Positions 24,932 to 36,031 of a DNA stretch of 64,000 nt are shown here, in pieces. The DNA is taken from positions 9,414 to 73,413 of the forward strand of contig JAZRNN010000029.1 in NCBI GenBank assembly GCA_045648175.1, given 5' to 3'. The DNA comes from Clostridia bacterium (lineage in GTDB: Bacteria > Bacillota > Clostridia > Monoglobales > Monoglobaceae). A model generated the notes under the pieces. The model worked only from the letters and a program-made list of their open reading frames with translations. It had not been told where the DNA came from and made no database searches. The position numbers and the translations under genes were made by a program. Each line of letters begins with the position of its first letter. The first letter of the stretch is position 1.

Positions 24932-27478
24932 CTACCTTCCCGGATTTATTTCTTCCATATATTCAAGAAGTTTCTGCCACGCATCATGATATGATTTTTT
25001 ATAAAAAATATCAAGAGAATCTGCCTTCTTTTTTGTAAGTATATTTATTTCCTTTTCTGTTATTTTCATTTGACTTTTGGCATATCGTTTTGTCCAGCCA
25101 ATATCTGTATGCAAATCACAGAAAAATCTATAAGTCGTAATTATTCCCGCACGAATAGTCTTTTTAACGTGTTCGTGTGTGAAACGTGAATGGTCAACAC
25201 GATGAAGAACTTTTGCCCTGGGTTGAAGACCTATTCCGTATCCTGTCTGAAGCATTTTAAAGGCAAGAGCAGTTTCTTCACCTCCGGCATAATCGTTTCC
25301 GACTCTGCCATAGCACATTCTAAAGCCTCCAACCCTCCATATTGCAGACCTTCTTACACCATAATCTGCACCATAAGGAAACTCGAATTGCTGACTGACT
25401 TCGCGGAAGGTGTTGCCCGAAATTTTAAACTGACTCCACAGACTCTCCCAGCCCTTTCGCAAAACCTTTGGTGTGGGGAATGGTCTGTCAAGAATTACCT
25501 GCCCACCAACAATTCCTACATGTGGATGGTATTTAAATCCGGCATAAATTTCTTCAAGCAGATAATAATCTGCTAAAACATCATCGTCCAAAAACAGAAG
25601 ATACTCGCCCTTGGCATTCCACATTCCGCCATTTCGAGCATAAGAAAGCCCCTTCTGCGGAACCGCCATATATCTTATAAATTCTTCAAACTCTTTATAT
25701 TTGCGTCGAAAATCTTCCACCGCCTCCCTTATACCCGAAGTTTGAGGCGCATTATCGACGATTATAATTTCATATTCCTTTTTACTCATTGACTGACGAA
25801 TTACCGACCATATTGCATCTATCAGCTTTTCACCACGCATATATGTGCATATTATTATGGAAATTTTCCTCTCATAGTCTTCCGGTTCATCAATCATTTT
25901 CTCAAGACCGTACAGAATTTTATTTTTTATCTTGGAGTCAGCAAGGTCAAACAATGTCTTTCCGTCCCCGACACGAAACCACCCGCAATAGTCATCAAGC
26001 TCATGAAGTTCTGTTTTGTCGTTTGCCACTGCCTGTATATCAAAGTTCTCTGCCGGAGCTCCATTATCTGACATCAGCAAAGTTCCCGAAATGTTAACTT
26101 TAATTCCTTTAGTTGATACATTCTCGCCTTTTCCGAAATACGCGTAACAAACACACGAATATTTTTCAGGGAAAACAATGGTGTTTGCTTCATCACGTGT
26201 TAAAAGCATATGTCCCGCATCTTCTGCCGCCTTAATGAAATCTATATAATACCGATTGTTTGTATCTTCAGTCTCCACAATCCACACAAGAGCAGACATA
26301 TAAAAATCGCGTCTAAAATCATCCAGAACCATCAGCTTATACCGATTTTTGGTAATTCCCAGTTCTTTATCGTGCGCTGTAAGAGAATCACCGTGAATTC
26401 TGTACAGATATATAGGCTTTTCTTCATCTGTGTGTTCAATTTTAAGTAGTGAATTCATTCTCATCCAATAATCATAGTCTTCTAAATTAATTTTAAATTT
26501 AGAATAATCCTCAAGAATATATGCCGCACTCTTTCGATACATAAATGCTGCACCAATGGTGTTGTTTGCAAAAGTGTTAAGCGCCTCTGCGGATTTTGGA
26601 AGGCACACATTCCCTGAAAATAGAGGCTTTTCAAACCAGAAGTGCCCTCTTTTTATCTTTCCGTCCTTATTTATAAGACGCATATTTCCATAAACCATTG
26701 CAGTATCAGGCTTGCGCTGCAAATTTTCAACCAGAATTTTTACGCAGTCTGGTAGCATTATATTATCGGCACTGGTCCAGGTAAAAAATTCACCCTTAGC
26801 TGCACGAAATCCCACCGAAAGCGCCGTCGGAAGCTTTTTATTCTCCTGATTAATAATTTTAATACGCTTGTCACGCCCAGCAAAAGATTTTGCAATTTCT
26901 AAACTATTATCGGCTGAACCATCATTAACAATAATAAGTTCAAGGTTTTTATAACTTTGATTAAGCACTGATTCAATAGATTTTGCTAAAACAGTTGACC
27001 CATTATATACCGGCAAAACAACAGAAACTAGTCCCTTCTCACAAGGAACTTCAATCTTTGAAGACAAATTTTCAATAAGTTTATCGCGCTCTTTTTTGTA
27101 TCTTTTAAATTTTGCCCGACACAACTGCTTCTTTCTGCTCTTATTATGGCTTACATTTTCACGAAACAACGCCTCGGTGATACCTTTGCGAAGAGTTACC
27201 GCCAAACCCATTCGTTTATAATCCGAAAGAACAAGAAGAGATCTTATAAACGAGATACCTGTCTTTTGCAAAATTTTTTCTATCTTAAGACCTGTCCTCC
27301 AAACATATGTTTCGTGAAGGTCAAGCTCCTCCTGCTTATGCTGATTTGCCTCAAACTGAATCTGCATAATTGCATTTTGGTCTGCCTCAATTCTCTCCTC
27401 CAGTTTTCTTTTTTCTTCTTGGAGAATTTCTATTTTTTTTTCTAATTCATTGTTTTGAGCATTGTTCAAACTATCCAT
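24932..27478 (-). CDS. Two-domain GT2 glycosyltransferase with an N-terminal coiled-coil extension, 848 aa.
   Basis: It has the same architecture as 22693..24921, plus about 95 extra N-terminal residues rich in heptad-like E/K/Q (ELEKKIEILQEEKRKLEERIEADQNAIMQIQFEANQHKQEE). Its start overlaps the stop of the upstream ATPase gene. Confidence 0.88.
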   Translation of the reverse strand: MDSLNNAQNNELEKKIEILQEEKRKLEERIEADQNAIMQIQFEANQHKQEELDLHETYVWRTGLKIEKILQKTGISFIRSLLVLSDYKRMGLAVTLRKGITEALFRENVSHNKSRKKQLCRAKFKRYKKERDKLIENLSSKIEVPCEKGLVSVVLPVYNGSTVLAKSIESVLNQSYKNLELIIVNDGSADNSLEIAKSFAGRDKRIKIINQENKKLPTALSVGFRAAKGEFFTWTSADNIMLPDCVKILVENLQRKPDTAMVYGNMRLINKDGKIKRGHFWFEKPLFSGNVCLPKSAEALNTFANNTIGAAFMYRKSAAYILEDYSKFKINLEDYDYWMRMNSLLKIEHTDEEKPIYLYRIHGDSLTAHDKELGITKNRYKLMVLDDFRRDFYMSALVWIVETEDTNNRYYIDFIKAAEDAGHMLLTRDEANTIVFPEKYSCVCYAYFGKGENVSTKGIKVNISGTLLMSDNGAPAENFDIQAVANDKTELHELDDYCGWFRVGDGKTLFDLADSKIKNKILYGLEKMIDEPEDYERKISIIICTYMRGEKLIDAIWSVIRQSMSKKEYEIIIVDNAPQTSGIREAVEDFRRKYKEFEEFIRYMAVPQKGLSYARNGGMWNAKGEYLLFLDDDVLADYYLLEEIYAGFKYHPHVGIVGGQVILDRPFPTPKVLRKGWESLWSQFKISGNTFREVSQQFEFPYGADYGVRRSAIWRVGGFRMCYGRVGNDYAGGEETALAFKMLQTGYGIGLQPRAKVLHRVDHSRFTHEHVKKTIRAGIITTYRFFCDLHTDIGWTKRYAKSQMKITEKEINILTKKKADSLDIFYKKSYHDAWQKLLEYMEEINPGR

Positions 27479-27479
27479 T

Positions 27480-28721
27480 TTATTCTCCTACGGTGATTTC
27501 TGATGGGACCTTTAAAACACCGAAATATTCCTTGTCACACATAATTTTTATATAAGCCGCGCCTTCAATATAATCATAATAAGAAATAGGCAGCGTATGA
27601 CGCATCTCAAGCCCCGATGTAAGGGTATATTCACCCACGTTAAGATATGCGGGAAATGTAATTTTTACAATATTTCTCCCTGTTCTTTTAAATCGCATAT
27701 CATAGTCGTGTAATGCCGCAACCATAAGGTCTACGCCGTTTTTATCCTTAAGTGAAATAGCCAGTCCGGTAGTTGAAAGATCAGCATCACTTGGGACATC
27801 CACCACTGTTTCTACCGTAATCGTATCTCCTGAGAAAAAAACCTCTGTTTCTTTCTCCCCTTTTGATACTCTTACATTTTTTATGCAGCCTATTTTTGAA
27901 CCAAAGCGATTTATTTCATTAAATTCCTTTTCCTGCTCAAGAAGTTCTTCGGTCTTTTTATTAAAGCCTTTTACGCACGCCTCGGCATCTGTTTCGTTGC
28001 TTGTTATAAATTCCATATATTTGGAAGTTACCTCGTTGACATCTCCGTCCATAATAAGTTTACCGCTATCCAACCAAATTGCTCTATCACAAAAACGACG
28101 CACAGCATCAACATCGTGGCTTACAAAAAGAATGGTTTTTCCTTTTTCTTTAAGCTCTTCAAATTTATTATAGCATTTTGCCTGAAAACGATAATCACCC
28201 ACAGCCAATGCCTCATCTACAATAAGTATGTCTGGGTCTGTATTTATAGCAACGGCAAAAGCAAGCCGTACAAACATACCACTGGAGTAGTTTTTTACCG
28301 GACGATTTATAAATTCACCTATTTCTGCAAATTCGGCAATTTCATCCACCTTTTTATCAACATCTTCTTTTTTCATCCCCATTATCGTTCCGTTAAGATA
28401 TATATTTTCAATACCTGTGTATTCGGGATTAAAACCTGTTCCAAGCTCCAAAAGAGCAGAAACAGTTCCTTTCATAATCTTTTCTCCGTACGTCTGATTA
28501 ATTACGCCGGTAAGAATTTTTAAAAGTGTGGATTTCCCCGAGCCGTTTTTTCCTATGACTCCTACTGTTTCGCCCTTTTCTATCGAAAAGTTGACGTCAG
28601 AAAGAGCATAAAATTCCTGTATTTTATCCTTGTATTTTTTAGGAAAGAGAGACTCTTTTATACGGTCTCCGGGTTTGTCATATATTTTGTATATTTTTGT
28701 TAGGTTTTTTACTTCAATCAT
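27480..28721 (-). CDS. Wzt/TagH-type polysaccharide or teichoic-acid export ABC transporter ATP-binding protein, with a C-terminal beta-sandwich (Wzt_C-like) domain.
   Basis: 413 aa with Walker A GKNGSGKSTLLK, signature YSSGM and Walker B ILIVDEAL. A C-terminal extension of about 170 aa is typical of glycan-end-recognising Wzt proteins. Confidence 0.88.
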   Translation of the reverse strand: MIEVKNLTKIYKIYDKPGDRIKESLFPKKYKDKIQEFYALSDVNFSIEKGETVGVIGKNGSGKSTLLKILTGVINQTYGEKIMKGTVSALLELGTGFNPEYTGIENIYLNGTIMGMKKEDVDKKVDEIAEFAEIGEFINRPVKNYSSGMFVRLAFAVAINTDPDILIVDEALAVGDYRFQAKCYNKFEELKEKGKTILFVSHDVDAVRRFCDRAIWLDSGKLIMDGDVNEVTSKYMEFITSNETDAEACVKGFNKKTEELLEQEKEFNEINRFGSKIGCIKNVRVSKGEKETEVFFSGDTITVETVVDVPSDADLSTTGLAISLKDKNGVDLMVAALHDYDMRFKRTGRNIVKITFPAYLNVGEYTLTSGLEMRHTLPISYYDYIEGAAYIKIMCDKEYFGVLKVPSEITVGE

Positions 28722-28761
28722 TTTAGTCCCTCACTTTTGGACTTTTTCTTTTTTAAATTAT

Positions 28762-28784
28762 GCAAAAAGGGCATTAATGCCCTT
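28762..28784 (-). terminator. Rho-independent terminator immediately after folA.
   Basis: The minus strand reads AAGGGCAT-TA-ATGCCCTTTTTGC, starting 1-3 nt after the folA stop. Confidence 0.7.
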
Positions 28785-29279
28785 TTATATATTTTTCTTA
28801 TAGGTAACAAAAGTTATGTATATCCCTTTTTCTGTTTTTACCATTTCTTCGCACGCAATATACCAATTATCTAATTCATCAAAATTTACTAAGAATCTGT
28901 CTGCGTCATATTCTTTGTCAATTTTAGTAATAAAAGCGGTATCGGCATAGTCCACCGAATTACGATACACTGCCTCACCACCAATGAAGAATATTTTATC
29001 ATCGCTGTAATCTTTTTGAGCTGTTTTTATCGCATCTTCCATACAGGAACAAACAGTTACACCCTCAGGCTTAAAGGTTTTGTCACTTGTAAGAACAATA
29101 TTAAGGCGTTTGGGTAATGGTTTTTGATTGGGAAAAGACAAAAAAGTATTTTTACCCATAATAACTGCCGACCCTGTAGTCTTTTCTCTGAAAAATTTCA
29201 TATCTTCGGGGATATTGACAAGCAAATCATTGTCTTTTCCTATTCCCCAATTAATATCAGCCGCTGCAATAATATTCAT
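28785..29279 (-). CDS. folA: Dihydrofolate reductase.
   Basis: 164 aa with IAAADINWGIGKDNDLL...MGKNTFLS...RLNIVLT. Confidence 0.93.
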   Translation of the reverse strand: MNIIAAADINWGIGKDNDLLVNIPEDMKFFREKTTGSAVIMGKNTFLSFPNQKPLPKRLNIVLTSDKTFKPEGVTVCSCMEDAIKTAQKDYSDDKIFFIGGEAVYRNSVDYADTAFITKIDKEYDADRFLVNFDELDNWYIACEEMVKTEKGIYITFVTYKKNI

Positions 29280-29292
29280 AAAAAGTCACCTC

Positions 29293-30123
29293 TTAAACAG
29301 CAACCGGAATGTTTTTTACCTGCTCTCCGGTTTTATAATTTTCCAGAACAAAGTCATCTACCGTAAAATCATAGAAATTCGTTATATCTTTGTTTATAAT
29401 CAGCTTTGGAGCTTCAAACTGCTCCCTCTTTATAAGGTCTTTAATGATAGGAACGTGTCTGTCATATATATGAGCATCCGCAATTACATGAACAAACTCC
29501 CCTACCTGCAATCCGCTTACCTGAGCAAACATATGAACAAGTGCCGCATACTGAGAAACATTCCATCCGTTTGCCGCCAGAATATCCTGCGAACGCTGAT
29601 TAAGAATTGCATTCAGGGTATTGCCGGTAACATTGAATGTCATACTGTATGCACAAGGATAAAGATTCATTTCATTTAAATCCTGATGAACATAAATGTT
29701 TGTCATAATTCTGCGGCTGTGGGGATTATTTTTTAAATCATAAATAACCCTGTCAACCTGGTCAAATTCACCTTCAGGATATTTATGTTTAACACTCATC
29801 TGATATCCGTAGGCTTTACCTATTGAACCATCTTCATCAGCCCAGCTGTCCCAGATATGACTGCTTAAATCATTTATATTGTTTGATTTTTTTTGCCATA
29901 TCCACAGAATTTCATCAATTGCACTCTTTAAATATGTGGGGCGCAAAGTCAAAATTGGAAATTCTTCGGCTAAGTTATATCTGTTAACAACACCAAATTT
30001 TTTTATGGTATGAGCAGGAGTTCCGTCTTCCCATCTGGGACGGACCTGTGTCTCTTCATCCGACCAGCCATTTTCTATTATATCTTTGCACATATTTACA
30101 AAGATTTTATCTGCTTTGCTCAT
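29293..30123 (-). CDS. thyA: Thymidylate synthase (ThyA type).
   Basis: 276 aa with PCAYSMTF (catalytic Cys) and RSQD motifs. Confidence 0.95.
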   Translation of the reverse strand: MSKADKIFVNMCKDIIENGWSDEETQVRPRWEDGTPAHTIKKFGVVNRYNLAEEFPILTLRPTYLKSAIDEILWIWQKKSNNINDLSSHIWDSWADEDGSIGKAYGYQMSVKHKYPEGEFDQVDRVIYDLKNNPHSRRIMTNIYVHQDLNEMNLYPCAYSMTFNVTGNTLNAILNQRSQDILAANGWNVSQYAALVHMFAQVSGLQVGEFVHVIADAHIYDRHVPIIKDLIKREQFEAPKLIINKDITNFYDFTVDDFVLENYKTGEQVKNIPVAV

Positions 30124-30151
30124 TGTTATTCACCTTATTTCAAGATATATT

Positions 30152-32095
<1,944 letters not shown>

Positions 32096-32150
32096 TTACC
32101 TTTCTGTCTCAATTAAATTGAGTAGTTTTTTGGTATTTTAAAAACTAAAA

Positions 32151-32411
32151 TTAAATTTCCTTGTATTTTTTTATTCTTCCCGCCAGAGCTTTAGTAGAAA
32201 TGTTAGTTATATAAATAACCGATTGGCCGTTTTCTTCACAAACAACAAAAGATTTTGGAATTTCTTCAGAAACATTTCTCACAAAACCTTCTTCTTCAAC
32301 AATTTTTAAAAATTCTTTTGAATATTTTGATATTGATGTGCTTTCTAAATCAAGAATTGATATTATATTCTTTGTATTTACAACGGTGTCGCTGCCTAAA
32401 TGCAAGTACAT
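32151..32411 (-). CDS. remB: DUF370 protein (RemB/YaaB-like).
   Basis: 86 aa, in the conserved position between recF and gyrB. The N-terminus (MYLHLGSDTVVNTKNIISILDLE) is typical of the family. Confidence 0.75.
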   Translation of the reverse strand: MYLHLGSDTVVNTKNIISILDLESTSISKYSKEFLKIVEEEGFVRNVSEEIPKSFVVCEENGQSVIYITNISTKALAGRIKKYKEI

Positions 32412-33502
32412 TCCTTCATACTTCCTTTTTCTATTTTAAAAAATTTGCCAGCCTGCATATTAATAAATTTTTCTCTGTCTGTACATGTAATGAAAATCTG
32501 CATGTTCTTTAATTTATTAATTACATAATCCTGACGAATACTGTCAAGTTCGCTCATTATATCATCAAGAAGAAGAACAGGATATTCCCCTATTTCTTCA
32601 TAAAAAAGCTCTACCTCTGCAATTTTTTGAACAAGAACAGCTGTTTTTTGTTGACCCTGAGACCCAAAAAGTTTTAAATCCTTTTCATTTATTTTAAATT
32701 CTATATCATCACGATGTGGTCCTAAAATACTTTCTCGGTATTTTAATTCTCTTTTAAAAATATCTTTTGATTTTTCAACTAAAATATTTTTTATATCATT
32801 ATTATTTTTTTCATCAATATTTAAATTACAAGAAATATAGTTCATTTCAAGTTTTTCTTTTCCATCAGATATATCAAGCTGAATTTTTTGAGCGATTTTT
32901 TCTATCTTTTTTATATATTCATATCTTATTTTAATAATATATGAGGATAAATCAATTATCTTTTCATTTATAACGTCAAGAAGAATTCTATCAATTTTAT
33001 CTTCTTTTAAAAGATTATTTTTCTGTTCGATCAATTTTTTAAAATCAGAAAGTGCTGCAACATATCCAATTTTTAACTGACTTATCATAACATCAATATT
33101 TTTACGGCGTTTTTTGGGACCCTCACGTATAAGACTCAAATATTCAGGTCCAAAAAATACCACATTAAACTTACCAACAAGTTCGCTGTTTTTTGATATT
33201 GGTATTTCATTTATAAAAATTTTTTTCTTTTTTGATTTTTCCAGTTTTATTTCTCCTAAAGTATTATTTTCTTTAGAAATAAAATTCATTGAAAGTTCCG
33301 CAAAATCCTCTCCGAATTTTATCATTTCATAATCTTTTGAAGCTTTGTTGGACTTTCCTAAAGAAAACATATATATTCCTTCAAGAATATTTGTCTTTCC
33401 CTGAGCATTATTGCCGTATATTATATTTAATTTATCATGAAATTCAAATTTTTCATTTTCATAATTTCTAAAATTTTTAAAATATATATTTTTTACAATC
33501 AT
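32396..33502 (-). CDS. recF: DNA replication and repair protein RecF.
   Basis: 368 aa with Walker A GNNAQGKTNILE, the SQGQQKT signature and LLLDDIMSELD. Confidence 0.95.
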   Translation of the reverse strand: MIVKNIYFKNFRNYENEKFEFHDKLNIIYGNNAQGKTNILEGIYMFSLGKSNKASKDYEMIKFGEDFAELSMNFISKENNTLGEIKLEKSKKKKIFINEIPISKNSELVGKFNVVFFGPEYLSLIREGPKKRRKNIDVMISQLKIGYVAALSDFKKLIEQKNNLLKEDKIDRILLDVINEKIIDLSSYIIKIRYEYIKKIEKIAQKIQLDISDGKEKLEMNYISCNLNIDEKNNNDIKNILVEKSKDIFKRELKYRESILGPHRDDIEFKINEKDLKLFGSQGQQKTAVLVQKIAEVELFYEEIGEYPVLLLDDIMSELDSIRQDYVINKLKNMQIFITCTDREKFINMQAGKFFKIEKGSMKECTCI

Positions 33503-34608
33503 TATTTAAGCTTTCTTGGAAGAAGAAGATATAAATATTTATCTCCTTCAAGAGGTCTTATAATCATAGGATTTATGTTCTTTTTAAAGTTTATTTTTAC
33601 TGTTTCATCATCACAGGCTCTCAACACATCAAGAAGAAATTCATTGAAAAAACCAATTTCTAAATTTGCATCTCCTGTTTCAACACTTATATTATCATCT
33701 ACATTACCAATAATAGTTTCGCAGGATACATTAATATTGTTATCCATAATTTTGAGTTTTACCGGAGCATCATTCGAGTTTCCGTTTATAATGAGCGATG
33801 CACGGTAAACACTGTCAAAAAATTCTCCTAAAGGACATATTAATTCTATTTCACCGTCCTGATAAACAGCACTCTCATATTTTAAATATTCTCCTTCTAT
33901 AAGACGTGTAACAATCTTATAATTTTCAAATGTAAATACAGCATTTTTTGATGTGCAATTAATTTCAACTATATCATCGCCATCTTTAATAATTTTATTT
34001 AACTCACCCAAAGTTTTAGAAGGCACGATAAATCTTTTACTTTCATAGGTTGAGTCAAGATGATAGGTTCTTATCGCAAGTTTAAAGCTGTCTGTTGCAA
34101 CCATTTTAATAATATCATCTTTAATATCAATAAGACAACCTTTTAAAACAGGCTTATTATCACTAAGTGATGTACAGAATATTGTTTTTGAAATCATTTC
34201 CTTAAGGGAATTACTTTTCACTTTTATAGAATATTCTTTATCAACATGCGGAAGCTCAGGAAAATCAGCAGGATTAAGACCCATTATTTCAAATTTAGCA
34301 TTTCCGCTTTTTATAGTACAGAAATTAATTTCGTTAGTTTCAATATATACTTCTTCGGAAGGGAGGTTTTTAATGATGTTTCCAAGCATTCTTGCATTAA
34401 GAACTGTCTGACCGGGTTTTATAACGCGACCTTCTATTTTTGCTTCTATTCCCATTTCCATATCATTTGAAACGAAGGTAATAATTCCTTCAATATCTGC
34501 TTTTATAAGAATTCCTTCAAGGATTGGAAAATTAGAATGTGTAGAAACCGCTTTTGATACAGAACTTATTGCATCATTAATTATATTTTTACTACAAATA
34601 ATATTCAT
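33502..34608 (-). CDS. dnaN: DNA polymerase III beta sliding clamp.
   Basis: 368 aa with the typical three-domain DnaN sequence. It lies directly upstream of recF. Confidence 0.95.
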   Translation of the reverse strand: MNIICSKNIINDAISSVSKAVSTHSNFPILEGILIKADIEGIITFVSNDMEMGIEAKIEGRVIKPGQTVLNARMLGNIIKNLPSEEVYIETNEINFCTIKSGNAKFEIMGLNPADFPELPHVDKEYSIKVKSNSLKEMISKTIFCTSLSDNKPVLKGCLIDIKDDIIKMVATDSFKLAIRTYHLDSTYESKRFIVPSKTLGELNKIIKDGDDIVEINCTSKNAVFTFENYKIVTRLIEGEYLKYESAVYQDGEIELICPLGEFFDSVYRASLIINGNSNDAPVKLKIMDNNINVSCETIIGNVDDNISVETGDANLEIGFFNEFLLDVLRACDDETVKINFKKNINPMIIRPLEGDKYLYLLLPRKLK

Positions 34609-34769
34609 TTTTTAGATAAACCCCTTTCTCCGATAAAATAATTATCCTTTTCACCCGATTTTATTATAACATATGTGGGTAATAAAATCAATCCTTTTTT
34701 GCGTTTTACGAAGGGTTTTTTTATCAAAAATAAATATTTTACTTATATTTATTAATATATTTATTTTTT

Positions 34770-34790
34770 AAGTAGTAGTTGTAGTAGTAG
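34770..34790 (-). promoter_or_regulatory. DnaA-trio-like repeat (AAG TAG TAG TTG TAG TAG TAG on the plus strand, equivalent to 3'-GAT-5' type trios).
   Basis: Read directly from the sequence. The minus strand reads GTCC CTA CTA CTA CAA CTA CTA CTT AAAAAATAAATAT..., which resembles my recollection of the Bacillus subtilis unwinding-region arrangement (GC cluster, CTA-type trios, AT-rich DUE). Confidence 0.45.
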
Positions 34791-34952
34791 GACATGTTTA
34801 AAGTGTTTAAAACTCTTAAAAGTGTAGTAATTATAATGATTTTTATAATAAAAAAGGATGTTTATAAATATAAATAATTATAAACATTTTTCACAAAAAA
34901 GAAAATTTTTAATTTTATTAACATTTAAAATATATGTTAATTTGATTAATTA

Positions 34953-34961
34953 TGTGGATAA
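34953..34961 (-). promoter_or_regulatory. Perfect consensus DnaA box (TTATCCACA on the minus strand).
   Basis: Exact 9-mer match read from the sequence. Confidence 0.7.
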
Positions 34962-34985
34962 GTAACATATTTTTTAAATTAGGAA

Positions 34986-35014
34986 TTGACAAATTATATA
35001 AAATAATATATTAT
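34986..35014 (+). promoter_or_regulatory. Putative sigmaA promoter of the ferredoxin gene.
   Basis: TTGACA, a 17-nt spacer, then TATTAT, 57 nt upstream of the ATG. Confidence 0.4.
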
Positions 35015-35070
35015 ATAGGATGTAATACGAAGTATTATATATTATTCTATCTGAATAAGAGGTGAAAAAA

Positions 35071-35238
35071 ATGGCTTATACAATTAGTGATGATTGCATC
35101 ATGTGCGGTGCTTGCGTTGGCGAATGTCCCGTAGATGCAATTTCTGAGGGTGACGGCAAATACGTTATTGATGCAGATGTATGTCTTGATTGCGGCGCAT
35201 GTGCAGGTGCTTGTCCCGTAGACGCGCCTCAGGCATAA
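35071..35238 (+). CDS. fdx: 2x[4Fe-4S] clostridial-type ferredoxin, 55 aa.
   Basis: Below the ORF-track cutoff and translated manually as MAYTISDDCIMCGACVGECPVDAISEGDGKYVIDADVCLDCGACAGACPVDAPQA. It has two CxxCxxCxxxCP motifs, a GAGGTG RBS and a downstream terminator. Confidence 0.92.
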   Translation: MAYTISDDCIMCGACVGECPVDAISEGDGKYVIDADVCLDCGACAGACPVDAPQA

Positions 35239-35257
35239 TTAAATTAAAATTTTATAA

Positions 35258-35293
35258 GAAAGAGAGTGCTGCGTCAGTTGTACTCTCTTTTAA
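35258..35293 (+). terminator. Rho-independent terminator after the ferredoxin gene.
   Basis: AAGAGAGT...ACTCTCTTTT hairpin followed by a T-run. Confidence 0.6.
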
Positions 35294-35307
35294 TTTAAAG
35301 GTGAATT

Positions 35308-36012
35308 ATGGATATTAATATTTTTGAAAAAGGTATCAGAGATCTTACTTTAAATATAGATAATGAAAAGATAGAAAAATTCAAAATTTTTTCTTCTCTT
35401 TTGATTGAATGGAATAAAAAAATGAATTTAACAGCTGTTACTGATCCTGCAGAAATTTCTGTGAAACATTTTCTTGACAGTATTGCACCTCTTTCGGTAA
35501 TTGAAATAAAAAAAGATTCTAAAATTATTGATGTTGGAACGGGTGCAGGCTTTCCCGGAATTCCTTTAAAGATAGTAAGAGAAGATTTAGATTTTACTTT
35601 TATGGATTCTTTAAATAAAAGAATTAATTTTTTAAAAGAAGTTTCAGATAAAGTTGGTTTCGATAAAGTAGAATTTATTCATTCAAGAGCAGAAGATGCA
35701 GGAAAAAATAAAAATTATCGTGAAAAGTATGATTATGCGGTTTCCCGTGCAGTTGCAAACCTTAAAGTTTTATGTGAGTATTGTATTCCTTTTGTAAAGG
35801 TAGGGGGATATTTTATTGCATTTAAACAATTTGAAGTAAATGATGAAATAGAAGATGCAAGAGCTATGATTGGAACTTTGGGTGGAAAAATAGAAAATAT
35901 AAAAGAAATTACTATTCCTCAATCAGATATAAAGAGAAAGATAATAATTATTGAAAAAGTAAAGGATACACCAATTCAATTCCCACGGCAACCGAATAAA
36001 ATAAAAAAATAA
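35308..36012 (+). CDS. rsmG: 16S rRNA (guanine527-N7)-methyltransferase RsmG (GidB).
   Basis: 234 aa with WNKKMNLTA and the SAM motif DVGTGAGFPGIPLKI. Confidence 0.95.
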   Translation: MDINIFEKGIRDLTLNIDNEKIEKFKIFSSLLIEWNKKMNLTAVTDPAEISVKHFLDSIAPLSVIEIKKDSKIIDVGTGAGFPGIPLKIVREDLDFTFMDSLNKRINFLKEVSDKVGFDKVEFIHSRAEDAGKNKNYREKYDYAVSRAVANLKVLCEYCIPFVKVGGYFIAFKQFEVNDEIEDARAMIGTLGGKIENIKEITIPQSDIKRKIIIIEKVKDTPIQFPRQPNKIKK

Positions 36013-36031
36013 TTTAACAGAAGGGAAAAGA

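Larger units (their letters stand above)
34609..35070. other. Putative chromosomal replication origin (oriC) at the strand-switch point.
   Basis: The region is a 462-bp intergenic stretch, about 80% AT. Elements within it, with a 10-bp inverted repeat noted last:
- a perfect DnaA box (TGTGGATAA, 34953-34961)
- a 1-mismatch box (TGTGGGTAA, 34674-34682)
- a relaxed box (TTTTTCACA, 34887-34895)
- a TAG-trinucleotide run (34770-34790) next to an almost pure AT tract (34716-34769)
- ATGTTTATAA/TTATAAACAT (34858-34887)
Gene orientation diverges here, and dnaN is adjacent. Confidence 0.6.
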
